From Candidatus Poribacteria bacterium (GTDB lineage: Bacteria > Poribacteria > WGA-4E > WGA-3G): a stretch of 64,000 nt of DNA. Below, piece after piece: positions 54,266-63,563 of the stretch. Both the position numbers and the translations under genes were made by a program. Numbering within the stretch: the stretch's first letter is position 1; the number at the start of each line of letters is the position of its first letter. Location of the stretch: NCBI GenBank assembly GCA_028824125.1, contig JAPPES010000080.1, positions 580-64,579 of the forward strand, written 5' to 3'. The notes under the pieces were generated by a model, which made no database searches, was not told where the DNA came from, and saw nothing but the letters and a program-made list of their open reading frames with translations.

Positions 54266-57184
54266 CTACGGTTTTTGAATTAAGATAAATCGTTTTGTGC
54301 TTTGGCTGGAAGCAATTCTAACGACATTCGTGAGATTCGAGATTTGAGCGGCTTCCACTTTCGGTGCATGGAAACGAATCGTTTGTTTCATCCCTGCTTT
54401 CTGTCCGGATTTTGTATAATCTATATGGATTTCAGCGACATCCGTCTTAAGTTTTTGCGGATCAGGCACCATCTCCACCGTAAATGGAACTTCTACCTCC
54501 ACAGAGATTTGGTCTTCAAAAGTAAGTGCCTTACCAAGAACAGCCGGATGGTCGCGTTCGTCTTCTCTCAACAACTCGGCATACGGATGTTGGACGACAG
54601 GAAGTTCCAAAATAAATTGGTCACCCATTTTGTATAGGTATTCGTCACATGACCATGTGAGGTTAATCTTTAATTCAGGTCCCAACTGCTTGACATCCGA
54701 GATTTCAAAATGTTCCACTTTGGCACGTTCATCTAATTCCAAAGCACTGCGAAGAAATCGGATTCGTTCTTCACGATGATCAGCACCCAAAAGATGCGCT
54801 CGCAATCTTGCATTGAAATCTCCAGAAACCCGTAATTCATGTGTAACTTCTACACTCAAATCTTTTTTGATTATAACATGAGTTTTTGTATGTCTCACAT
54901 TTGAATCTGCTGGGAGTGCTGGACTCTTTTGAAAAGCGTAGAGGAGACTTTTGACTTTTTTTCCATCCAGTTTTTTCTGATCTTGGACAAGTGTGTCTAC
55001 AGTCCCTACATCAATTCCATCTGTTGTTGGCGCATCAGTATTGACAATCAATGCCCACCGATTTTGGTCACTGGCAGGAAAATCACCGAAAGCACATGTT
55101 TGTGCAGTCGGGTCAAGCCATATCAGGTCTTTACCCTTCCCACCATCTACCGCGAGAATCATGTGGTTAAAATATGCAAGGGATGGAACTTCTGGAACAA
55201 TTCCACTCGGTTTGCCCGCGGAGATAAGGACTGGATAAGAATCAATCCCTGCCACGCGCAGCATCGTTGAAAGTAGCGTTGATTTACCCTTACAATCTCC
55301 CCATTCTCCCTCTAACACCTTACCGGCAGCAATCGGTTTGATACCCCATATTCCACGTTCATCCCCGGCGTACTGGATGTTTGTTGCAACAAATTCGTAG
55401 AGTCTCTTAATTTTTTCCTGACGTGACAATGCCCCGGTGAGTATCTCTTTCGTTTTCGCCTCTATTTCCTTTGTAATTCTATCCTGTTCACGAATTAGTG
55501 TTGCGTACCACGTGATCAGTTTATCCCATGAATCAATTGAGGAGAGGCTAATGTTATAGGCAAAATCTGAAACAGCAGGCATCAAGGGTTCTCTATGCAA
55601 AGCTGGCACATCTTTCGTTTCAAATGTATAGGCGCGAGTATAATTGTTCTCCGTGATAGTTGGTTCAATCGGAGGTCCGTCCACTTGGTAAAATAGTGGT
55701 GTTTTCTTCGGAATATGCGCCGTGAGGCGATAGGACTGAACAGGCACATCAACCTGAAAATAAACTTGTCGCCAAAATTCACCCTTCATGGCACCTCGCG
55801 GGTTTCTGGTAGAATAAGCATAATCAATGATACAACCGTCAGATATATCCGGCAATTCAAAATACATCAAGCGGGTATCAACGAGCAATCCTGCTTCAGC
55901 ATAACTGGCTGGTGTAAGCCCGCGAATAATTTTACGCTCATCCAATTTCACTTGTGTGCCATCAGGTTTAAACGTTCGCGCATGATGGATAGTAACATCG
56001 TCTGCATTTTGCGTATAAGGAATTTTAATTTCACCGAAGTGGTAGCCATCTTCATTGAATATTTTGACGACCCGTCGTGTGGAATAGACATGTCTGCTAT
56101 CTTCGTCAACGTCATAAACCTCCGCTTCCCACAGCACAATTGCGCCTTCCTCCGGATTATTCGGTTCGGCAGGGACGTTTTTAATGTTCTCTTGGATAGC
56201 TTGTTCGTCTGCTTCGCTAATAAAATTATATGGCAGCGACGATTTCCCTTTCATTTCACCCTGTTCTTTTTTATCTGGAGGGTCCTCGCGATGGTTATGG
56301 CCATTTTCCTTTGCGTGTGGGGTTGATGATTCGTTTTGCGCCTCTTGTGGGTTTTCTATAGTGCTTTGCTCTTTTGGCGGCAGAGATGTCCGGCGTGTTC
56401 CTAAAAACGTTTTATCAGCGAGTGCCCCTTCACCATTTGCTTCTAAATCCTTACGCGAGGCGCGTCCATCACCATTATCATCCAGATGCGGGTGTTCTGC
56501 TTGGATTGCACCATCTTCTGTATACCATTCATCAACGCGAGTTTGCACCCAGAGGAACGCCTCTAAAAGCGATATTGCACCATCATCGTTTGTATCCGCA
56601 TAAGGTTCAGAGAAAACATCAACGAAAATGTCTCCGAAACCGGCTTGAGAGGCATAACCTTCACGTGAAGAACTTGATGTAATGATTATGCGTCCCGATT
56701 TGCTGATGCCTTGTACTATCCTTGCACTATAAGGGAATCCAAAGACGAGTAGTTGCTGTTCTGCACGAATGTTGTTAATACTGTCGGTGTATTCTTGTTG
56801 ACTGATGTCTCGCCCCGGCAAATTAAATTTTACACCTGATGAGGTTCGCGATGCATGCCCTACCATGAAAAGAATAAATCTATCTGTCGGTTGAACCTTC
56901 TCAGCAAGTTGTGCAAATGCCTCTAAAATAGGCTCTCGCTTCGCTTCACCCGTGACGAGTCCTGGGAGGTTGCCTTCATCTTCAAAAAGGAAAGTAATCT
57001 GCTCCGAATCCAATCCGTATTCCTGTGTAAGCAGCTGATGGAATCGGGAAGTTGCACTCCAAAATTGGTCATAGTAGGATTTCTCACCGCCAACGCCACC
57101 GAGAATTAGGACGTAATCTGTTGCAAAAGTTGTTGTGGAAACTGATAGGAAAACAGCAAGAATTGTTATGATAATTCGACGCAT
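54266..57184 (-). CDS. Secreted multidomain protein: N-terminal legumain/C13-like domain (no catalytic Cys), central DUF3857-like region, transglutaminase-like cysteine-protease core
   Basis: 972 aa with a signal peptide. Residues ~22-250: DYVLILGGVGGEKSYYDQFWSATSRFHQLLTQEYGLDSEQITFLFED...RFILFMVGHASR... parallels legumain/GPI8 (VLVAGSNGWYNY..., ..FIYFTDHGS..) with a conserved His-Gly. The position aligned with the catalytic Cys in legumain (EACES) reads FPYSARI or TSSSSRE. The C-terminal third has GEWGDCKGKSTLL...FNHMILAV...WLDPTA, the Cys-His-Asp arrangement of transglutaminase-like domains. MoxR is immediately downstream. Confidence 0.65.
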   Translation of the reverse strand: MRRIIITILAVFLSVSTTTFATDYVLILGGVGGEKSYYDQFWSATSRFHQLLTQEYGLDSEQITFLFEDEGNLPGLVTGEAKREPILEAFAQLAEKVQPTDRFILFMVGHASRTSSGVKFNLPGRDISQQEYTDSINNIRAEQQLLVFGFPYSARIVQGISKSGRIIITSSSSREGYASQAGFGDIFVDVFSEPYADTNDDGAISLLEAFLWVQTRVDEWYTEDGAIQAEHPHLDDNGDGRASRKDLEANGEGALADKTFLGTRRTSLPPKEQSTIENPQEAQNESSTPHAKENGHNHREDPPDKKEQGEMKGKSSLPYNFISEADEQAIQENIKNVPAEPNNPEEGAIVLWEAEVYDVDEDSRHVYSTRRVVKIFNEDGYHFGEIKIPYTQNADDVTIHHARTFKPDGTQVKLDERKIIRGLTPASYAEAGLLVDTRLMYFELPDISDGCIIDYAYSTRNPRGAMKGEFWRQVYFQVDVPVQSYRLTAHIPKKTPLFYQVDGPPIEPTITENNYTRAYTFETKDVPALHREPLMPAVSDFAYNISLSSIDSWDKLITWYATLIREQDRITKEIEAKTKEILTGALSRQEKIKRLYEFVATNIQYAGDERGIWGIKPIAAGKVLEGEWGDCKGKSTLLSTMLRVAGIDSYPVLISAGKPSGIVPEVPSLAYFNHMILAVDGGKGKDLIWLDPTAQTCAFGDFPASDQNRWALIVNTDAPTTDGIDVGTVDTLVQDQKKLDGKKVKSLLYAFQKSPALPADSNVRHTKTHVIIKKDLSVEVTHELRVSGDFNARLRAHLLGADHREERIRFLRSALELDERAKVEHFEISDVKQLGPELKINLTWSCDEYLYKMGDQFILELPVVQHPYAELLREDERDHPAVLGKALTFEDQISVEVEVPFTVEMVPDPQKLKTDVAEIHIDYTKSGQKAGMKQTIRFHAPKVEAAQISNLTNVVRIASSQSTKRFILIQKP

Positions 57185-57306
57185 TTTTATTTCTCCGCTT
57201 TAGCATAGTGTCTGTTGTTAATACATTTTATGTTTGAACACGCTTACATGAAAATTAAAATAACTGGGCAATTTCTTAGCAATGATCAGTGCGGTTTGGA
57301 CTGTCT

Positions 57307-57366
57307 GTAACACAAACTGTTAGTTTGTACATCTGTGGAAACGCAAACTAACAGTCAGCGCTACAA
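57307..57366. repeat. Two adjacent P-type palindromic units (GTAACACAAACTGTTAGTTTGTAC and GCAAACTAACAGT...) downstream of moaC
   Basis: actgttagtttg at 57317 and its reverse complement caaactaacagt at 57342. Seen directly. Confidence 0.5.
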
Positions 57367-57389
57367 AGACTTTTACCGAGCTTACGTTA

Positions 57390-57857
57390 TTATAAATTGT
57401 AGTCACTACTTGTACCACCAGTTTTCTTGACTAATCTTATTTCGGAGATACACATCTCTCGGTCAACGGCTTTACACATGTCGTAAACGGTTAAACCTGC
57501 GATGGATACGGCTGTGAGTGCTTCCATCTCTACACCTGTCCGTCCGACGGTTTGCACTTCTGCTTCAATCTCTATTTTCTCTGCAACAATCACCACATCC
57601 ACACGGATAGAGGTAAGATTAAGGGGATGGCACAGCGGTATGAGTTCACTCGTCCGTTTTGCTGCCATATAGCCTGCAAGTCGAGCGACTTCCAAAACAT
57701 TGCCCTTCTTCATCTGCTGTTCAGAGATGCGGTGGAGCGTTTCAGGTTGAGCCGTCACATGCCCTTTGGCAATAGCAACGCGCAACGTTTCTGGTTTTCC
57801 ACCGACATCAACCATCCGCGTGTTGCCTTTTTCATCAAAGTGTGTTAGTTTGTTCAT
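57390..57857 (-). CDS. moaC: Cyclic pyranopterin monophosphate synthase accessory protein
   Basis: MNKLTHFDEKGNTRMVDVGGKPETLRVA...CHPLNLTSIRVD...LTVYDMCKA... is diagnostic MoaC at 155 aa from ATG 57857. The track start 57908 adds 17 aa. Confidence 0.85.
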   Translation of the reverse strand: MNKLTHFDEKGNTRMVDVGGKPETLRVAIAKGHVTAQPETLHRISEQQMKKGNVLEVARLAGYMAAKRTSELIPLCHPLNLTSIRVDVVIVAEKIEIEAEVQTVGRTGVEMEALTAVSIAGLTVYDMCKAVDREMCISEIRLVKKTGGTSSDYNL

Positions 57858-57930
57858 AGTGGCTATTCGCTGTCGGTAAGAGTATTTGACGTATTCACCT
57901 ATTCTCAAGCTTGCCGTTAGTTGTTTTTGG

Positions 57931-59568
57931 CTATAGAGGGTTTTCTCTCATAATTCTTTCATACATTTCATGGAATTGTTGGAGATAATTTCCTTCTCCG
58001 TGATACGCCGCAACATCAGTCGGATTGGGTTGAATGAGTTCACCGCGTTTTAGGACTGCAGCACTAAATGCCTCCACGTCAAACGGTTCATCTATATGGG
58101 TACAATATGCTTGGACACCAGCAACAGCAGCACCAAGCGCAGCGCCTCCCTTTTCTACGGGGACGGCTGGTCTGTTCCAAATTCCTGCGACGCGACGCAT
58201 AATTTGTGGACTCCCAGTCGCGCCTCCTGTAACATATAAAGGGTCTTGTGATGGCTTTGTGAAAACTTCAGAATAAACATAAACAGCAGCAAGGCTTGTT
58301 TCTATAACCCCGGTATAATCTTCAGCTAAATTCGGGGTATTGGAGGCATTGGTGCGTATTAAATCAAAAACACCAGAAACAGGAAAAGATTCTGTTTTTG
58401 GTTGCCAAAATGTCATGAATTGTCCGGGTGGAACGTCTTGTAAAGCGGCTTCTGCTGGTTCATATTCCTCTTTTGTAAGTCCATACCGATTTCTAACGGC
58501 ATCCCACACCATAGCCCCATTGGTGCGGCACCCAAACATAAACGGACGTCCAATGCCATCGTACATTGCATTCGCAAACCCTTCTGGGTCTAACGTATTT
58601 CCATCTGTTGAGACCATATTGACAAAACTGGTGCCGAGGCTGAGAAGGTCTCCCGCAACTGGCACCTTCGCCTGCGGATTATCTCCAGAGCCTGCTATAA
58701 TTGAACATTCTTCAGAGAACCCATATCTTTCTACAAAATATGTAGCGATATTACCTACAACAGAATCTGGTGGAGCAAGTTCTGGCAATTTACCCAACAA
58801 TGCTTCCGAACCTCCGGGCAAACCATCGGCGGTTGCTGCTATCAGTTCGGTATCCCATACCTTGTTCCGGTAGTTCATAAGGGACATGCCGCATCCATTA
58901 CCTGTGTCAATCGGCACTAACGGATTTGCCGACAGCACTGCGGGGATAAAACTACTGATAAGTTGGATCTTTTCTGTCGCCTCGTAGTTAAGTGATGACT
59001 GTTCAGCAACGCGACGGATCACTGCACCTGTAAAACGTAATGGAGCATCCGAACCAGAACGTTCAATCATCTCTGTTTTTCCACCGACTGCTTCTCGGAC
59101 ATGGTTTGTCTGCATAACGGTATTAGCCGTCATCCATATCGGTGCAGTGGCATACGAAAAGACACCCGCTAAAAGTGTGTTTAAATCTAATCTGCTACTT
59201 TCTGGCCTCTGTAGGTTGAAGAATATAATCGTAGCGTTTCGGTTCAGATAAACATGCCCGTGCTGTTGCCCTGACGTGTTGATAGCAAAGATATTCTCTA
59301 ACGCGACACCTGCTTCGCGCATGTCAGCGAACATGGCATTGAGCGATGCAAGGAACATCAACGGAGGTTGTTCTGCTTCACCTTCAGACTTCGATGGCAA
59401 GATATAGTCCTCTCCGATACCAAAACAGTTGGTGCGTTCATCTGCACGATAGTCAATTGCGTGTTCAAAACACTTTTCTGCCGTGTCTATATCAATGACG
59501 ATAGCAGATAAACTCTGTGTACTGGAGTCTAAGCCGAGGGCAAGACGTTGATTTTTGTGTTTAGTCAC
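57931..59568 (-). CDS. FGGY-family carbohydrate kinase (xylulokinase-like)
   Basis: 545 aa. ...LALGLDSSTQSLSAIVID... is the N-terminal actin-fold phosphate-1 loop. ...FAINTSGQQHGHVYL... and the C-terminal ...TGGATGSPQIMRRVAGIWN... (FGGY_C) fit. Confidence 0.8.
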   Translation of the reverse strand: MTKHKNQRLALGLDSSTQSLSAIVIDIDTAEKCFEHAIDYRADERTNCFGIGEDYILPSKSEGEAEQPPLMFLASLNAMFADMREAGVALENIFAINTSGQQHGHVYLNRNATIIFFNLQRPESSRLDLNTLLAGVFSYATAPIWMTANTVMQTNHVREAVGGKTEMIERSGSDAPLRFTGAVIRRVAEQSSLNYEATEKIQLISSFIPAVLSANPLVPIDTGNGCGMSLMNYRNKVWDTELIAATADGLPGGSEALLGKLPELAPPDSVVGNIATYFVERYGFSEECSIIAGSGDNPQAKVPVAGDLLSLGTSFVNMVSTDGNTLDPEGFANAMYDGIGRPFMFGCRTNGAMVWDAVRNRYGLTKEEYEPAEAALQDVPPGQFMTFWQPKTESFPVSGVFDLIRTNASNTPNLAEDYTGVIETSLAAVYVYSEVFTKPSQDPLYVTGGATGSPQIMRRVAGIWNRPAVPVEKGGAALGAAVAGVQAYCTHIDEPFDVEAFSAAVLKRGELIQPNPTDVAAYHGEGNYLQQFHEMYERIMRENPL

Positions 59569-59760
59569 TGAAACAATTTCCTCTCAATTCCGGTGGATAT
59601 GGATATTTGCAGTCTATGCCAACTATCCAGCTCAGTCGTCTCCTGAACATTGCCCGTTTCCGTTCATACCCAAAGTGTGGGCGAACGCTTCCAAAGTTTC
59701 TGCGCGTACACTGTGTCACACAACTACTTAAGGCTGTGAACATCATTGAGGGACATTGCG

Positions 59761-60054
59761 TCATCCCCCTCGTTCAGAAAGACGGTATATCTTTGCTTGT
59801 AAGCGTTGGTAGTGAGCGTGTTGTTTTTCAGTTGGCTCTTCATCAGCAAGGGCAGCGGCAACATACAATGCCTCGCCGTTATAGAAGAAATCTTGCTGTA
59901 ACAGAGGTAGATTTTCAATTTCTTGTTGGTAATCATCCGCCTCGCTTGGCGATCTATCAAAGATGTCGCTCAGAGATCTACGAACTAACTCCCAATAAGC
60001 ATCTACGTGGCTGCGGGGCAAGGAGACGTTGGGTTCTTTCACAGGTGCCATTTT
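59761..60054 (-). CDS. Small hypothetical acidic protein (97 aa) downstream of the DUF3990-like gene
   Basis: MAPVKEPNVSLPRSHVDAYWELVRRSLSDIFDRSPSEADDYQQEIENLPLLQQDFFYNGEALYVAAALADEEPTEKQHAHYQRLQAKIYRLSERGG. ATG at 60054 with a GGAGGA RBS 4 nt upstream, 34 nt after the preceding stop. The track's 176-aa ORF 59761..60291 has a low-complexity R/C-rich N-terminus that is probably not translated. Confidence 0.4.
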   Translation of the reverse strand, partial: KMAPVKEPNVSLPRSHVDAYWELVRRSLSDIFDRSPSEADDYQQEIENLPLLQQDFFYNGEALYVAAALADEEPTEKQHAHYQRLQAKIYRLSERGG

Positions 60055-60088
60055 TCCTCCATATAAGACTTGGCTTTGCAAGCCTCCA

Positions 60089-60651
60089 TTACAAAGTATA
60101 GGTTGGTGTTCCTTGGCTATGCAGCACAGGTGCGGGAAGTATTTCCAGCGCGGCTTTCGTATGAAAACTAATCTGGTCCGCATCTTTAATGACGAACTTC
60201 TGCGGCCAAAGCGTAACGGGCCCAAACACAACATCATAATTCTTGTTGCCATGTAGCAAATGTGAGCCCATTTCAGTCCGACAATGCTCAATAAAATTCC
60301 AATAGTCCGGGTTTGATCTATCTGTCACAAAGGACAAATTCAATAAAGGTGCTAACTGGTTCCTATCTACGTCAAATCTAAGTACCACTGCACGCGTTGA
60401 CAATTTAACCCTGCGACGCCTGCGCAGATTCCTGAATTGTCTATCTGCCCAACTTTCTGCTTGTTGTAGAGACGTAGTTAGGTAGAAACCTTGACCGAAA
60501 TCCGTGCGCGCTCTACAAAGTGAATGTCTATGCTATGCGGCAGGGACCCCGAAGGCTGGCACAGAACTGATGCCGCAATATCAGTAGTACCGTGATAAAG
60601 GATAAGGGAACCGTTTGTCCAAGGCACAGATTTTCCTTCTTGGGTGTGCAA
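60089..60651 (-). pseudogene. DUF3990-like gene, apparently disrupted by a 1-nt frameshift and lacking a canonical ATG
   Basis: Frame A (60089..60535) encodes ...TDFGQGFYLTTSLQQAESWADRQFRNLRRRRRVKLSTRAVVLRFDVDRNQLAPLLNLSFVTDRSNPDYWNFIEHCR... A different frame (60505..60651) upstream encodes (L)HTQEGKSVPWTNGSLILYHGTTDIAASVLCQPSGSLPHSIDIHFVERAR. Joining the two at cgcgcacgg(N)gatttcgg (~60507) restores LYHGT...DFGxGFYxT...QAxxWA...DxWxxFI, the N-terminal signature I recall for DUF3990 proteins. The only start candidates are TTG or GTG. Confidence 0.45.
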
Positions 60652-60845
60652 ACGCTATCACTCAGGGATCACTCAAAATTCGATGTGAATTGAGAAAACT
60701 TAAAAAATGAGAGATTTTGATTATGTCTCTCAAAGTTTATCACAAAATTGCGTGAAATATCAAACTATTTCTGTTTAATCCACGATTTAGACATTTGGGA
60801 CGTTTATATCGTGGGATCTGATCGCAAATTAGCAGTTTGCGCCAT

Positions 60846-61817
60846 TTAATTCCCCGGATAAGAACGGTTTTCCAATTCAGCAATAAATTTTTCAGAGGCA
60901 ATCGCCGCTGCTGCACCTGCCCCTGCAGCCGTAATTGCTTGGCGAAATACGTGGTCATGCACATCACCCGCGGCAAAAACGCCATCAATATTTGTCCGTT
61001 GCATGTCGTCCACGATGATGTACCCTTGTTCATCCATATTAATGACATCTGTGAACAGTTCTGTGTTTGGGATATGACCTATAAAGATAAATACACCGTC
61101 AATCGGAAAAAGTTCTGTTTCATTGGTTTTGACATTTTTAAGTTTAGCACCTGTGACTTTTTCGTCATCTCCACAAATTTCTTCAACAACGGTATCCCAA
61201 ATAAACTTGATTTTATCGTTTTTGAATGCGCGTTCCTGCATAATTTGGCTTGCGCGGAGTTGATCGCGTCGGTGGACGATATAGACCTCAGAAGCATATT
61301 TGGTCAGGAAAATACCTTCCTCCAATGCTGCATCACCACCACCGACAACGATGAGTCGTTGATCTTGAAAGAAAAACCCGTCACACGTAGCACAGTAGGA
61401 AACACCGCGTCCCCCATACCTCTCTTCACCAGGAATGTCAAGTGTGCGTGGTGAAGCACCAGTGCAGATAATCACAGATTTCGCGTGATATTCTTTTTCG
61501 TAAGTGTTCACAACAAACGGGTGTTGCGCGAAATCAACTGCTGTTACTGTGTCAAATTTGACCTCAGTGCCGAACCGTTCCGCTTGCTCCTGCATGCCTT
61601 GAATGAAGACTGATGCCTCATTGCCGAAAAATCCGGGATAGTTCTCAAGATCAAGTGTTAAGGAGAGCTGCCCGCCAAGCGCATCACCTGTGATTAGCAC
61701 AGGTTCCAGCATTGCACGAGAGGTATAGACGCCTGCGGCAAAACCAGCAGTCCCGCCGCCGATTATTACGATATTTCTATTTTCAATGTTATTTGTTTTA
61801 GTTTCCATTTTGTCCAT
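60846..61817 (-). CDS. trxB: Thioredoxin-disulfide reductase
   Basis: 323 aa. ...NIVIIGGGTAGFAAGVY... (FAD GxGxxG), ...CATCDGFFF... (redox-active CxxC), ...RLIVVGGGDAALEEG... (NADPH site). Confidence 0.9.
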   Translation of the reverse strand: MDKMETKTNNIENRNIVIIGGGTAGFAAGVYTSRAMLEPVLITGDALGGQLSLTLDLENYPGFFGNEASVFIQGMQEQAERFGTEVKFDTVTAVDFAQHPFVVNTYEKEYHAKSVIICTGASPRTLDIPGEERYGGRGVSYCATCDGFFFQDQRLIVVGGGDAALEEGIFLTKYASEVYIVHRRDQLRASQIMQERAFKNDKIKFIWDTVVEEICGDDEKVTGAKLKNVKTNETELFPIDGVFIFIGHIPNTELFTDVINMDEQGYIIVDDMQRTNIDGVFAAGDVHDHVFRQAITAAGAGAAAAIASEKFIAELENRSYPGN

Positions 61818-61827
61818 TCAATTGTTT

Positions 61828-62643
61828 TTAAGAAAATCTTGGAATTCCATCCGTAATTGGATAAGACCGATCACATATATTACAGTGTAGGTTCTCTGCT
61901 TCCCATCTCATTTCACTTTTACACTGTGGACATACGAGAATCTCCTTCAGAGTTTTCGTTTGGCGGTTTCTCCTTTTTGCTAAAAGCGATTTTGCCCGAG
62001 ACGCAATACCGCGCGGCACCACACTTTTAAGCATTAACCAAAAACCTTTGTGCGTTTGATTCGAAAACGTAGATGTCAGAAGTTCTTCAATAGTCTGCGG
62101 AGATTGCAAATTCAAAGGTGACTCTTTCTCATCCAATATCTCATAATCAATTTTACCTTCCCATTCATACTGGACAAGGAAAAGGCGGTGGTGCATGATA
62201 TGGAACCGTCTCCAATATTTGTCTTTTGCTGCTAATGTATGAAAAAGTTGACCAAATTCGGTTCGTTTATCGTTCTTTTGTAATACCAAACGACCATCAA
62301 TTAAGTTAACTACCCAGTTGTGATAATGCCATCCGTAGATACGTTCTCCAATCTCAGAGGGGGTTTCAATATAACCGCGAGGTGCTATCCGCATCAACTC
62401 GGAAATAAGTAAATTTGGATCCTCAACATGTTCCAAAACATGTGAACAGATGACGTAGTCAAACGCGCCATCTGCAAAAGGGAGAAACTGCCCATCCGCT
62501 TCCACCATTGACCGATCCGCGACAATCGTCCCCCCACGTTGTTCGTCATCGTCTATGAATTTATCACATAAAACATCCGAGCGTATATTTGGGTTATGAC
62601 CGCTTCCAATTTCTAAAACAAAATCGTCTGCACGAATGTTCAT
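61828..62643 (-). CDS. Class I SAM-dependent methyltransferase fused to a C-terminal Trm112-like zinc ribbon
   Basis: 271 aa. ...FVLEIGSGHNPN... (motif I), ...FDYVICSHVLEHVEDP... (Methyltransf_11-like). The C-terminus ...ILVCPQCKSEMRWEAENLHCNICDRSYPITDGIPRF resembles the Trm112/DUF343 four-Cys ribbon. ATGA overlap with the upstream methyltransferase. Confidence 0.7.
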   Translation of the reverse strand: MNIRADDFVLEIGSGHNPNIRSDVLCDKFIDDDEQRGGTIVADRSMVEADGQFLPFADGAFDYVICSHVLEHVEDPNLLISELMRIAPRGYIETPSEIGERIYGWHYHNWVVNLIDGRLVLQKNDKRTEFGQLFHTLAAKDKYWRRFHIMHHRLFLVQYEWEGKIDYEILDEKESPLNLQSPQTIEELLTSTFSNQTHKGFWLMLKSVVPRGIASRAKSLLAKRRNRQTKTLKEILVCPQCKSEMRWEAENLHCNICDRSYPITDGIPRFS

Positions 62644-63470
62644 TTCTGGACAACCATAGTGATATAAGGACTCAGATACGGAAACAAGTTTGCAACAATC
62701 TTGCCTTTTATGCCAAAACCAACGGCTTTTTTGACTATGCTGAACCCGTTCAGTTTAAAAAATTGTGCAAGATCAATCGGGTTTGCGTAATACGCACTGT
62801 CCGCATCACCCCCGATAGCATCTGCTTGTAAATCCGGATCACGATAAATAAAGTGTGGTGTTTTTGTAAAGAAACGCTTTTTTATGTAGAGTCCGCAGTT
62901 TCGCTTCAACTGTTGCAATGCTTGCCGTTTTGTTTCTCCCCAAATGGGTCTACCGGATTTACCACACATCAGACGAACCCAATCAAAAGCAGGCATTAGG
63001 GGCGAACAGAGATTTGGACCGGAAAGCACAACTTTGCCACCTTTGCGGACAACCCGAATCATCTCTTTTAATGCTGTCTCCACGTCAGGCAGATGTTCTA
63101 TTAACTCGTTTGAACAGATAACATCAAAAGACTCATTATCAAAAGGTAGCTCTAAAACGTCACATACCTGATATCGTAGTTTCGGATTTTCCCAGTTCCG
63201 CGCTTCTTCCAGAAAAAGTGGGGAGATGTCGGTCCCGACAACATCATAGTTTGCTTGATTTAGCAGGTGTGCGGAGATACCGTTTCCACATCCGAGATCA
63301 AGGATTTTAGCATTAGATGGCGCATAACGAAGGACTAACGTTACGTAGTGTCGCAGATAAGCCTCATCGTGTGCTGCCAAAAGCTCCTTGTAGGTCTCTG
63401 ACGTTTCGTAGAACTCGCGCATTCGCTGACGGAGTTGCAATGATGTTTCAGATACCGATGTGTCAAGCAT
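62640..63470 (-). CDS. Class I SAM-dependent methyltransferase
   Basis: 276 aa. ...AKILDLGCGNGISAHLL... (motif I), ...FDVICSNELIEHLPD... (motif II/III region). Confidence 0.75.
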   Translation of the reverse strand: MLDTSVSETSLQLRQRMREFYETSETYKELLAAHDEAYLRHYVTLVLRYAPSNAKILDLGCGNGISAHLLNQANYDVVGTDISPLFLEEARNWENPKLRYQVCDVLELPFDNESFDVICSNELIEHLPDVETALKEMIRVVRKGGKVVLSGPNLCSPLMPAFDWVRLMCGKSGRPIWGETKRQALQQLKRNCGLYIKKRFFTKTPHFIYRDPDLQADAIGGDADSAYYANPIDLAQFFKLNGFSIVKKAVGFGIKGKIVANLFPYLSPYITMVVQK

Positions 63471-63563
63471 ATTTGTTCAATTTCCAAAAGGTTTAATAAA
63501 TTATATTGCATTTGGTTATAGGATAACAAGAAAAAGTGAAAATCAAACAGGATTTAGCGAGTA

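Noticed and set aside
55715-56682. Plus-strand ORFs 55715..56326, 56184..56603, 56374..56682
   Set aside because: Antisense to the 972-aa secreted protein gene. His/Arg/Cys-rich and low complexity.
59761-60291. Single 176-aa ORF as given in the track
   Set aside because: The first ~80 residues are an R/C-rich out-of-frame read-through of the neighbouring DUF3990-like coding sequence. Only the last 97 aa, from ATG 60054 with a strong RBS, look like a real protein.
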